A stretch of DNA of 61,933 bases, counting the filler. It is 6 parts of 6 records of this genome, joined end to end, with 100 filler letters (N's around TTAATTAATTAA, not from the genome) between each part and the next. Parts side by side here need not be neighbours in the genome. Positions count along the whole stretch, not along the records: positions 1 to 7,840 come from SRR2962707_2566; positions 7,941 to 15,420 come from SRR2962707_2571; 4 more parts are not named here. One strand, 5' to 3'. The notes beneath the pieces were generated by a model that worked only from the letters and a program-made list of their open reading frames with translations, did not search any database and had not been told where the DNA came from. Shown here one piece after another: positions 1 to 11,116 of this stretch (its first letter is position 1; each line of letters opens with the position of its first letter). Position numbers and translations under genes: made by a program.

Positions 1-27
1 AGGAGGAGGAGGAGGAGGAGGAGGAGG
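1..27. repeat. (GGA)n microsatellite at contig start; reads as poly-Gly in the PDI frame
   Basis: Directly visible. Confidence 0.9.
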
Positions 28-1287
28 GAACGGAGCGGACGTGCAGGTGTACGTGGACGCGCAGCCGGTTGACCCGCGGTTGCTGCAACCTGTTATGAAA
101 GCGACCAACGCTGCGGAGCTTGTGCTGGGTGTGCGCACGGCGGCTGGCAAGGCGATGAGTCGCAACAAGGCGAAAAACAGCAACAGCAATAGCGCGCCTG
201 CAGGCACAGCGAATGGTGGAGGTGGCGGTGAGCAGCCGAAGCCAAAGCCAAAGCCAAAGCCCACGAAGGCGCAGCAAAAGGACAAGAAGACTGAGAAGAA
301 GACGAAGGCCCCCAAGGCGAAGGACAAGGCGAAAGGGAAGCCGCAGAAGCAAAAGCAGCCGCCACAACAGCACGCGCAAAAGCAAAAGCAAATGCACAAT
401 GATGAAGATTTGCTCGTTGAGCCCGCTACGAGCAAGGTGCGGCTGAGCACGGCACTGAGTTATGTTGGAAGCCTTTGACCCGCAAATTTGAATTCGCGTT
501 GAGAACGGCTAATTGGGGATGTCACTTTCTGGCTGCTGCTTAACGAATGGTCTCTTGTTGTTGGTCAGGTGCAAATCCTCACCGAAGGTAATTTCGATGC
601 AGCGATTGCCGGCAACTCTGTCACTCTGGTCAAATTCTACGCCCCGTGGTGCGGACACTGCAAGCGAATGGCTCCGCGCTTCACAGCAGCTTCGGAGGCC
701 CTTGCAGCGGACGGAATTGCCCTCGCGAAGATTGATCAGACAGTGCACAGAAGCATTGGGCAACGGTGAGCAAGCGGACGCAAATTGGCTTGTTGTCATC
801 GTGCACACTCCCTTGCAGTCAAGCTCAACAATTGCCGTGCGGCTCCTCTGCTTGAATTTGCGCAGGTATCAAGTGAGCAGTTTCCCGACTCTCCTGATCT
901 TCGAGGGTGAGCGCTTTGTCAAAAAGTATGACGGCGGCCGGACAACGGATGAAATCACGGCCTACATGCGTGCGTACAAACACGGCGCCACCACAAAAAA
1001 ATGGGATCCTCACGCGACGGAGGGCGACCCTAATGATCCTTGCCTTCAGGAAGCGCACGCCATTTCCAACTACGGAAAATGCTGCGGGCAGGGCAACTTC
1101 GAGAAGCCAGGGCACCTGGCGGTGTGCAATGCCGGTAATACTTTTTAATTCAGCCACTGGCAGCGGCACATCGCAATGCTGGGTCTTCGCTCGCGCTCGC
1201 CTGCTTTGCTAACCCCGTGCTCTTTTGTAACTTTGTGCAGTACGTGACGAAGTCAAGAAAGCTCGACGAGCAGCACAAGAACTTTAG
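2..1287 (+). CDS. Spliced eukaryotic protein disulfide isomerase/thioredoxin-domain protein, 5'-truncated. Exons approx <2-436, 569-765, 866-1134, 1241-1287
   Basis: FYAPWCGHCK active site. GT-AG introns 437-568, 766-865 and 1135-1240 keep the frame; GCTAAC branch-like motif at 1208. Spliced C-terminus ...CNAVRDEVKKARRAAQEL* resembles an ER-retention signal. Confidence 0.8.
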
Positions 1288-1456
1288 CTCCTGCACCGGA
1301 GCGGGCGTTGGAACTTGCGAAAGGCAGCTGTTTGATTGTCGCTGGTAACTCCTTTACAAACTTTTTTTCTCAACGACTTGAACAAACTTTTTCTCAACGA
1401 TCTTGTTGAAGATGGGAACCGACACCATGCCGGCCGAACTGTGGGATGTCGATCCA

Positions 1457-4400
1457 TTATTCCTCATCTTCATCTTCATCGCTCTCCAACAAGATCTCAA
1501 CAGCGCCAACTGCGTCGTCACTCGCAACCAGTCCGTCGTTTGAGCTAGGCCCAGCGACATGATGTCCGAGCACCGAGTCCTGCAAGCCAAACGCACGCGA
1601 CAACACAAACCTTGCTGAGACGTGCACAAAAACAACCACCCCCTCCACGGTCAGCGCTGTGGAACAACTTACCAAGGTTGTGGTAGTTTCAGCAAGATCC
1701 AGTGCTCCCGTTGTAGCTTGGGGAAGCAAAGTGATCGGGTACTGGTACGGGAAGCAAAACACATTGTTTTTCGCAGCCTCTGGCGAAATCCCTTCCCATG
1801 GTTGAAGCACAAACTGGAAACAGTTCAAGTTGAACGTTCCAGCTTGCTGGAAAAAAGCCTGCGTATCCCAACAAAACCGCAAAAGGCCACGCTGAACATG
1901 AGGCGCAGGCGCGATGCACAGCTCGACCCTAAACATGTTGCAACGCTTGTGGCTCCTCCTACACCAACGTACGGTGAAAGGAATCGACACGCACTCCCCT
2001 GCAGCCAGTGTAAGTTTCTTGGTTGTGACACCAACCCAATAAAAGACGCGGCTGTTGGTGTATAAGGTACCCAGCTCCGCTTGATTGGGCTCGCGTTCCA
2101 GCTCCTCAGGTGATGCCTTCGTCTCACTCTGATCTTCTGCCAGCTCACGTGTATTCAGCGTCTTTGGAAGCACCACGTCTGTGACATCAGCTGAGGCAAC
2201 GCAGGTCCGTGTGCATGTGAGACGCGGCCAGCACAGCGGTTTTCGATGCGGGCAGCAAACTCGAGGCTGCAACATTCGGAGAGCTTGGCAGAGAAGCAAG
2301 ATTGGCCATGCGGCAGCTCACCTGTTCGGTTGTTGGCTTGCACGACGAGGTGTAACGTGGGACTTCCAGGCAAAGCTGTGTTGCTGACCTGATGGCAAAT
2401 AAAGCGTGCGTCATGCAAATTGCACAGCAAAACAATGCGCTTGTGGGCCATTGACTTTCAAGGGGCGACATACCCGCAAGACAACAGGTACTACCACGCC
2501 CCCAACGCGGCCTGCTTTATCGACCGGAAGTGTCATGTGGCTGTTGTACGCCTTCAACGACACAATGACAAAACAGCAAGACTCGTCATTCGTCCATGCT
2601 CAACCAATCGCAACCAAAACATTGACAGCGCGCAACCACGGGCGCGGCAATACCTACCAAGCCCATGTTGAGCGGGCACTGGAAGGCCGTCTTGGCCATG
2701 CGGAAGCGAACTGGAATGCGGAGGAGCGACGTCATGCCGCGGCGTGGCACGTGGGCCGCTTTCGTGGCACCGCTACCGCTGGCAGATTTAGCTGGAGACA
2801 CGCGCACGTCTTTCTCGCCCTCGTCATTGGCAGCTGGCTCTGTGTGCCACAGTGCAACCAAGTGAAGTTCTTCCCCCGCTTCCTCGCCTTCGTGAAAAAG
2901 TGACGCGCTGCTGACGTGTGGGACTGGAGGTGGTGGCGGAGGCGGGCCCCACACTGGCTGCCAGGCGGCTCGTAGCTTTTGATGTCGTTTGACGTACCTG
3001 CATGACGAGCAACCAGGTTTGCTGTGAAGCCATTCGCATCAATAACACGCAATACTTGCCTCAACAAACAACGTTAGTGGTTGCCAATCAACTTACAACA
3101 CGGCATTTTCCTGCAGGAGGAGCCGCCGATACAGCGCTGGCATGGAATCTGCAGATGCGCCATCAACGTTTGATGCTGGCAAAGTCGCCACAGACACTCC
3201 TGCTGATGCCTCTTCGTCCAATGCACGATCATACCTACCGCCACAACGCGAGCCAACATCACGCACTGGTGCTGGCACATTGACCTGCTGTCCCACAGCA
3301 AACAGGAGAACGGGAATCACAGGATGAACTGGGAATGCCATAACGTACACATCCACCGCAGTTGCCCGAATCATGCGCGGCTTCTCGCCATCGCTTTCCT
3401 TTGACTCTTCGCGTTGGCTGTTGGACAAGCTGTCGACCACCTCACGCGGCAACAGCCGAACGTGGAAGACAGATTCGGTCCCGGGGGCAATCGCAACCCT
3501 GTTTCTTCGCGCTTGGTCAGTCAGTTCCGCACTGAACTGATGCAAATGAGCACAATCCCATGAACGAGACACAAAATGCAAAGAGTCGACAACGACTCGC
3601 TCTGCGCCACGATTGGTGGTGAGCAGGTTCAGCAGATACGAGGGCGGAGCGTCCACCGAGGCCTTTCCCGTGCAGTTTCCGACCGTTGCATTTGCCGATG
3701 GAGAAGGAGTCATCTCGGCGCGCACGGAGGCTTTGCACGATACGGACGTGACCACATCGAGGGTGAACGAGAATTCAAGGGTGCGCCACACGTTTTTGCT
3801 GATCTCTGCAGCGCTGCCACTGCCGCTGTCGGCAGCGCGATACCTGACAAAAACGCAACGCGTGCACAAGGAGTGACATTTCGTCGAGCAAGTGGCAGGA
3901 CACAACGACCACAGCCTTCACTGCAACACCGCTGCACACCGAAAGAGAATCCTGAATGTGCGCTGCGGCCCAGCCTGGGTTGCTCGAAGCCACAGCGTGA
4001 AGTGAGCATCGGTGTTCTGCGCAAGTGGTTGATCTGCGATGGCAACAGATTCGCAAAAGTGTTTGTTGGAAGCGCAGAGGTGCAGTTTGAGCAGAAGTGC
4101 ACAATCAATGTTGGGTCCATAATGCAACGCGCACTGCCGCAGATGTACCAGCTGTCAGGGTGAACATGCGTCCGGAGACCCCAGTCGCTGGAATCAGCTG
4201 AGGGCCGCCAACTTCTTCCGAGAGGGCTGCTGCAGCCTCGTCGACGAGATCAGGAGACTCACGGGAAAATAGGATACCTGAGCTTTCAGCGAGCGCCAGC
4301 ACTTCTTGGTGCATGGCGGCGGACCCTTTGTTGATCAAGAAAATTGGGATCGCCTTCAACAATGTGCGCACCAGAAGAAAGTCAAGTTTTAACGAGCAAC

Positions 4401-7400
4401 AATGAATGCTCAACCTCGGGGTGTTGCGGAAATTGCACTCACCACCACCGCGCCTCGTGGGACAGATGTTGGCTTGTCCGGCATTGATACTCCCAGCCAT
4501 GGTTGTTGGTCCCTGACAGTCATCTGGCACCGCAAATCAGCTATTCGTCGTCGCGCGGCACGATTAGCACGTGTATCCTGCTTCAATTTTCCTTGAAGGG
4601 AAAATTCACGTCGTCCTCGAATCAGCACTTTTCGAGGGTTTCCTTGCAGTCTCCAGCGCACGCCTTTGACATGAAGCGTCCCAACTCGCTCAGGGCGGAT
4701 CCACAATGTAATCCAAGCCGATGACCGTGCTTCGAGGGTGACTGACTTTACCTCGGCGACAAAGCCTTCCTCCAAGAAGTCACCTTCCAGAGCAGCATCG
4801 CGACTCGACACGCCCGACCCGAGCCGTGGGCGAGACGCGTGCGATGGGCTTGGGCCAGGAGAGATGTCAGCTCGTGCGTAGCCTCCGTACAGCGTCACAT
4901 CTTCGGCAGTGACTGGCGAATCCAATGGGTTGTGGACCTGGAATGGGCACAATTTATTCCGGGAATAGGCACAGCGTCAACGTGCAGACGCCCCCACCAC
5001 CACCACCGCCACCACACACCCATACACGCACACACCTACCTTTAGCCGGAGGAAGACTGGCTCGCCAGTAAAGTGTTCAGGGACACGTGGTGTGTTCAGA
5101 GGGCCAGCACCAGCGAACTTGAATCGCGTTTTTCGCCAATCGAATTCCTCGTCCACAAGGAATTTCAGTTCGTCGTCCATGGCATCCGCAAGAGTCTCCC
5201 ATTGCGATGAACTCGGTGTGGCATCAACATAGCTTTGAAAAACACCAACAAAAATAAGCGGCACAAGTTAAGACAACGCCCTCATACGTCACATGCAGCA
5301 CCTGCTTTGCACACCAACGCGACGCAATCACAACTGTCAAGACATGAGCGCAACTCACCCACTACCAGCATCCACTTCGTCTTCAGGCAACAAGTCAATT
5401 TCCAGGGGCATGATTTGGCTTCGTGCATTGGCAAGAACGGCTGGGGAGCTTGCTGTACTGCTGGTGCGGGCTGTCCGTACCACGAACACTGCGGCGGCAC
5501 CCGCAGCATTCTGGGGGCGGAACACGCGGATGGAGCTGTCGTCATATACTGGAAGAGTGAGGTTGCTGATTTCGTACATCGGCGTGGATTCTGCGTAGGC
5601 TTGCACAATGGTAGTACACTCTTGCAAGTACCGAGTTTGCCGGTCCACAGGCACCGATCCACAGGCCAGCAGATTGCAAAACAGTTGGATTGAATTTTCA
5701 TGACTTCCAATTGCATTCAGGTGCAGTCCAAGGGAAAAATCTAGGTGGGCATCAATTTCCTCCCACCCCTGGCCAGCGGTGAGCTGCTTTGCGATGTCGT
5801 AGCAGTGTATCGCCTATCCCGACACAAGCCAGGCACCAACAACGTGAGCACGCATGCAAAGCCTACCGCGGCAAGTCCTCGCGAACGTAGACTTGCCAAA
5901 GGGGGCGTGTTTCCATTGCTCAGACAATCGGCCTTACCTGGTGTCGCTGGTGGCGTGCCGTGTACACGTGGCCAGCAGCTAATAAGTACGTAACACTCTT
6001 GCGCCACATGTGCTGCGACGCATGGTGAAAACAGCGAGCTGCAACATCGTACAGAACAGCTTGGGCAAGTCCTTCCTCATTCGCAGCTGCCTTGATGCAT
6101 TGATCAGCAGCCTATTTCACCAGTCCCAAACCACATACGTCAACAGCACGATGGATGAAGCCGTGGGACAATGGGAACCAAGCCTCGTAACGCAAAGCAA
6201 ACACGCCCACACACCAGGCCGCCAAATTGTGTTCCAAGACTGCGCAGAATTCCGACGTAAAGAAGCGTTGCGCGGGTCGAGTATCGTGTCCCCACGCCCT
6301 GATCCTGTGCTGTACGTGATGCCTTTCCAATTTTGTAGTACTTTGCTGCTGTCTCCATGCGTTCGCGAATCTCACGAACAACCGCATCACCGGTGCGCAT
6401 CAGCCTAACACAAGTTCCGACAACGCAACGAAATCAGCTCACTGGCGAGCGGCACCCAGAACCTAGGGTAATAACCGCCGTCGAACCCTCGGGCAAAAGA
6501 CTCACATGAAAAGCGACAGCGCCACCATTTCCACCGCTCCTGCATAGTGATTCCAAGCCTTGTCTAGTTTGGTGTCTTCTTTGACCATTCGGTACATGGT
6601 GTGGGCAGTCTCGTAGTCGCGGAAAATGAAAGATAGGTCGGCAAGAGTCCTCACTCGGCTCACGATGTCGGAATGAGCATACTGCAGTTGCCCCACTTGC
6701 ACAGCTTCGGCCTTGGGCTTTTTCCACCAGCTGCGCCAAGCGTTTTTGATGCCCTTTTTCTCTTTGTCGATGCCTGCATTGAGCTCGGCCACGAACTGCT
6801 CCAGTGCGGGGAAAAGGCCGTTCTGGGTGAACTCAACGGGAAAGTTGCGCAATCCGCGGACATCCTCCTCTGAAAGCAAAGCCCCTCGTTCACCAACTGC
6901 ACTTTGTGCGCTACCAATCTCGAGCCCATCACCATCTAGTCCGTCGTGGCTGGCCCTCGCTCCTCCAGCATCGCTCGGGGCATTGTTCCCAAGGAAATTC
7001 CACAAGTCGGTGACTTTGTGGCGATGCCGGCGCAGTTCAGCGGCAATTTCGTCTGGGCTCTTTCCTTCGGCCGCAGCTGCTGCAGCAGCATCTTCGGGGC
7101 GTGAATTGATGCGCACAAGAAATGTGCGAGTCTGCTGCGAATCTCCGACGGCGTAGAGACGCCGCATCTTCTGGAAAAGCGCCTCCACTTCCGCTTCTGA
7201 CGAACCAGCCTCCGTGGACGCAGCATCGTGAAGGAGGACGTAGAATCGCGGGATGCTGCAGTTGTACTGCCGCGTGAACGACGGGGCCATGTCTCCGTTT
7301 TGAATCATTTGTTCGAGACGCCGCAACGGGTTGGATTCACTCGAGCACACCACGTACAAGAAGCACACTGGTTGGTCCAGCATCTCAGACTGCCCGAACC

Positions 7401-7800
7401 TTTGTCCATCAAAAATCTCGGACTTGGCTGCAGCTAGCCACTCCGTTTCGTACTCCACGTCGTGGACGCGGTCAAAGTCGGCCCCTTGTGGCACCGTTGG
7501 CATTTTCGTGGCGCCTGCAACGTTGGCAAGGGTTCCCTCGTTCTCCTCCACGCTGCGCGGTGCAAAGTCCGTGGCAGGCACAAACCGCATCGTCAAGCTC
7601 TGCAGCACCGCAGTTTGCGCCACCATTCGAATTCGCAGCTGCTGCCGAATGCTCGAGAACGGCTGCAGCAACTGCTCGAAAGTCAAGTTGTTGCGGGCAC
7701 ACGCGGCCTCTGCGCCATCAGACACCAACAAGGCCGCGCACGGCGTGAAGGTATCCTGGATCCACCCTCGGAAGATCTTGGCATATCGTCTTGAGCTCAT
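1457..7800 (-). CDS. TRAPPC8: Multi-exon trafficking protein particle complex III subunit TRAPPC8/Trs85
   Basis: N-terminus IQDTFTPCAALLVSDGAEAACARNNLTFEQLLQPFS matches the TRAPPC8 N-terminus; also RTLADLSFIFRDYETA, LTLPVYDDSSIRV and VHNPL segments. First exon 7800-6506 ends at a GTGAG donor and the next starts at 6404. Internal exon borders were not all resolved. Stop at 1457-1459. Confidence 0.85.
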
Positions 7801-7814
7801 CTTTCGAGAACCGC

Positions 7815-7840
7815 CTGCTGCTGCTGCTGCTGCTGCTGCT
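7815..7840. repeat. (CTG)n microsatellite at contig end
   Basis: Directly visible. Confidence 0.9.
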
Positions 7841-7940
7841 NNNNNNNNNNNNNNNNNNNNNNNNNNNNNNNNNNNNNNNNNNNNTTAATTAATTAANNNN
7901 NNNNNNNNNNNNNNNNNNNNNNNNNNNNNNNNNNNNNNNN
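7841..7940. other. Artificial contig linker
   Basis: N44-TTAATTAATTAA-N44, giving stops in all six frames. Confidence 0.99.
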
Positions 7941-8852
7941 GTCTTTCTCGCGCCATACCGCTTCCTCGTCTTTGCTGCGATAACCGGATGGGTCGTCGGA
8001 GGAGGAGTGGGCCGCAAGGCGGTAGCTCATGGCCTCGATCAATACCGGTCGATTGTGTTTGACGGCCAGCTCCCGGGCGGTTCTGGTGGCTTCATACATG
8101 GCCAGTACGTCGTTACCGTCTACCCGGATAACGTCCATCTTGTAGCCATAGGCTCTGGGTGCTACGCCGTCGGCTGCGAACTGTTCGGCTGCGGGGGTGG
8201 AAATGGCATAACCGTTGTTCCGGCACAGGAAGATGACGGGTACGCGATGGACAGCAGCCATGTTCAGGGCCGCGTGAAAATCACCCTCGGACGCGGCGCC
8301 TTCGCCAAAATAGGTGATGGTGCAGTGGCCGTCTCCCGCCAGCTTCTGGCCATAGGCATAGCCTGTGGCCTGGGGGATCTGGGTGGCCAGGGGCGAAGAG
8401 ATGGTCATGTAATTCAGCTTTTTCGAGCCGTAGTGCACGGGCATTTGCCGGCCCTTACCGTAATCAAGCTCATTGCCGAAAAGCTGGTTCATGAATTCGT
8501 CGATGGAAAAACCGCGGTAGGCGAGGGCGCCTTGCTCCCGGTACTGCGCCATGATCATGTCGTTATCATCCAGCGCGGCGGCGCTGCCGATCACGGCGGC
8601 TTCTTCACCGGTACACTGCATGTAGAAGCTTAGACGCCCCTGGCGCTGGGCAGCAAGCATACGCTCATCGAGAATCCGGGTGGTGACCATGGCCCGGTAG
8701 ATGCGAAGGGCTTTGTCTTTTTCAAGATCCGGCGCTTTGGCGCTCTTATAGAGCTTGCCATCCTGCTTAAGGAGCTTGAACGTGGGAATACGGAATTCCG
8801 CACCATCGGTGAACGAGGGGGAATACACAACTTTCGATTTTGTTGTTGTCAT
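7941..8852 (-). CDS. bkdA1: Branched-chain 2-oxoacid dehydrogenase E1 alpha subunit, 3'-truncated
   Basis: QRQGRLSFY, GKGRQMPVHYG, ISSPLATQIPQA, TPP motif GEGAASEGDFH...RNNGYAIS, HSSSDDPSGYR. Confidence 0.93.
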
Positions 8853-8964
8853 AGTCCTCTTCCTGGGGTGTTGGCCTGAGGAAACAAAACACGCCTTGTG
8901 GGCGTGTCGTTAATGTCATTGTAGACAACCTGGGGAAATCTGGTGTGGATCATTCCAGGCTTGC

Positions 8965-8982
8965 CTTTACCTTAACGTAAAC
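8965..8982. promoter_or_regulatory. LiuR-type operator upstream of bkdA1
   Basis: CTTTACCTTAACGTAAAC is one mismatch from the recalled consensus sTTTACGTwwACGTAAAs and lies upstream of a branched-chain amino acid catabolic gene. Confidence 0.75.
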
Positions 8983-9127
8983 TGCATCCGTCGGGTAGAC
9001 CCAGAATGCGGATTTTTATTTAACTGTGCCACACCGATGAATTTCCCGTGTTGGCCGCAAGCATGCTAACGTCAACACAGGTACTCTATTGAATAGCTTC
9101 ATTAAACGGACTCTGGTGGGCAGGCAT

Positions 9128-10591
9128 ATGAATGTGATCGTGATCGGCGCAGGAATAATGGGAACTACTTTTGCCACCCTGGCGAAGGAGCTGGCGCCCG
9201 AACTGGATATCACCATTCTGGAGCGACTGGACAGCCCCGGCGCGGGCAACTCCTGGTCTTTCAACAATGCCGGCACAGGCCACGAGGCCAACTGCGAGCT
9301 TAACTATACGCCGGTGGATGGCGAGGTAATCTCGGTGGAGAAAGCCTTGAAAATCCATGCCCAGTTCAACGTTGCCAAGCAGTTCTGGGCCTACCTTGTT
9401 CGAAAAGGTGCGATAAAAGAGCCCACTAGCTTCATCAACCAGACCCGCCATTGCACTCTGGTCTCCGAGCCGTCCATCGAGGAACTCAAGCTACGCTTCA
9501 AGGAAATGTCCGCCCACCACTTTTTTGAGCGCATGCGCTTTTCCGAGGAATTTGACGAGATCAAGAGCTGGATTCCCTACACCATGGACGGCCGCCCCCA
9601 TCACGAGAAAATGGCAGCGACTGTTGTGGAAACGGGAACCGATGTGAATTTTGGTGCCCTGACTGAACAGATGGCGGAATACGCGACGAAGGAGCTGGGC
9701 GTAAAAGTTGAGTATGGCGTCCATGTAAAGCGGGTGCACCGAAACCCGGCGGGGAGCTGGCTGGTAGAAACGCAAACCCGGGGTGCTGCTGTTCAACACC
9801 GGGCCGACATACTGTTTGTTGGTGCGGGCGGGGGTGCGTTCCCCATTCTGAAGAAAAGTCATTTACCGTTTGCCCGGCGGTTCACCGGTTTTCCGGTGGG
9901 CGGGCGTTTTCTGCAGGCGGAAATTACCGAAGAGCAGGCCCGCCAATATCGCGCAAAAACCTACGGCAAGGCGGAAGTTGGTGCACCTCCAATGTCTGTG
10001 CCGCATCTGGACCTGCGGGTGGCTGATGGCAGGCATTATTTGCTGTTCGGCCCATTTGCCTCATTCAAGCCCGTTCTGGAAAAAGGGCGCGGATTCATTG
10101 ATTATCTGAAGGCCATGCGCCTGCACGATATCCCCGGGTTGCTGAGCGTTGCGATCGAGCATTTCGCTCTCGTGAAATACCTGGTTTCTGAGACCTTCAA
10201 AGGCGAGAAAAGCATGCTGGAGTCGCTGGAGAAATTCGCTCCGGGCCTGAGCTCCAGGTTTGACTGGAAGCCTATTGAGGCTGGCCAGCGGGTACAGATC
10301 ATCAAGGATGGGGATCTGCAGATGGGTACAGAGATTATCGTGTCGAAGGATAAAACCTACGGCACAATACTTGGGGCGTCGCCTGGCGCCTCGGTGTCAC
10401 CTGAGGTGATGCTGCGTGCCCTGGAGCAATTGTTCCCGGCGGTATTTGCTGGAGAGTCCGCCAGATCCAAGCTGAAAGAGATGTTCCCTGAGGACAATCT
10501 GGATACACTGATCAGCAATCCGGAGCGGTATCGCGAGATTCGGGACGCCGTAAACTCAGCCTTGGGCATCCAGTCAGACATACCAGCGTAG
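9128..10591 (+). CDS. mqo: Malate:quinone oxidoreductase
   Basis: GAGIMG FAD motif, NNAGTGHEANCELNYTP, GAPPMSVPHLD, LGASPGASVS. ATG 9128 preferred as start. Confidence 0.92.
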   Translation: MNVIVIGAGIMGTTFATLAKELAPELDITILERLDSPGAGNSWSFNNAGTGHEANCELNYTPVDGEVISVEKALKIHAQFNVAKQFWAYLVRKGAIKEPTSFINQTRHCTLVSEPSIEELKLRFKEMSAHHFFERMRFSEEFDEIKSWIPYTMDGRPHHEKMAATVVETGTDVNFGALTEQMAEYATKELGVKVEYGVHVKRVHRNPAGSWLVETQTRGAAVQHRADILFVGAGGGAFPILKKSHLPFARRFTGFPVGGRFLQAEITEEQARQYRAKTYGKAEVGAPPMSVPHLDLRVADGRHYLLFGPFASFKPVLEKGRGFIDYLKAMRLHDIPGLLSVAIEHFALVKYLVSETFKGEKSMLESLEKFAPGLSSRFDWKPIEAGQRVQIIKDGDLQMGTEIIVSKDKTYGTILGASPGASVSPEVMLRALEQLFPAVFAGESARSKLKEMFPEDNLDTLISNPERYREIRDAVNSALGIQSDIPA

Positions 10592-10620
10592 CCAGGCGTT
10601 CTCAGGAACGAATACAAATA

Positions 10621-11082
10621 GTGAAAGCACTTGAACTCAAGGTTCCACCCGTTGTTCTGGTTATCCTTTTCGGGGCGGCCATGTGGGCTATTTCGAGGCT
10701 GTTGCCGTCTGGCTACTTTACTGTTCCGGGCAGGCTGATTCTTTGTACCCTCATGGTCCTGGCTGGCGCAGGTATTGCCCTGGCCGGCGTTCTGGCATTT
10801 CGTGCAGCAGGCACCACCGTGGACCCTCGTACGCCTCATCAGTCTGCCAGCCTGGTGGTTGACGGGATTTACCGTTACACCCGCAATCCCATGTACCTCG
10901 GATTTCTGCTGATGCTTATTGCGTGGAGCCTGTATCTGGGCAGCGTATTTGCCGCGTTGTTACTCCCGCTGTTCATGCTGTACATGAATCGCTTCCAGAT
11001 TAAACCCGAGGAACGTCATATGCGGGCATTATTCGGGGACGATTACACCCAGTACACCTCACGTGTTGGGCGATGGTTCTAA
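10621..11082 (+). CDS. Isoprenylcysteine carboxylmethyltransferase (ICMT/PEMT) family membrane protein
   Basis: Hydrophobic helices, GIYRYTRNPMYLG, EE-x5-FG-x2-Y-x2-Y motif. Confidence 0.88.
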   Translation: MKALELKVPPVVLVILFGAAMWAISRLLPSGYFTVPGRLILCTLMVLAGAGIALAGVLAFRAAGTTVDPRTPHQSASLVVDGIYRYTRNPMYLGFLLMLIAWSLYLGSVFAALLLPLFMLYMNRFQIKPEERHMRALFGDDYTQYTSRVGRWF

Positions 11083-11116
11083 CCGGGGACCGGCATATCG
11101 CCGGGCTGCACATGTA

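Noticed and set aside
7885..7896. Repeated TTAATTAATTAA palindrome
   Set aside because: Synthetic six-frame stop spacer
7801..8852. Eukaryotic genes adjacent to bacterial operons, suggesting HGT or an endosymbiont insertion
   Set aside because: They are separated by artificial N-TTAATTAATTAA-N linkers, so adjacency is a concatenation artefact
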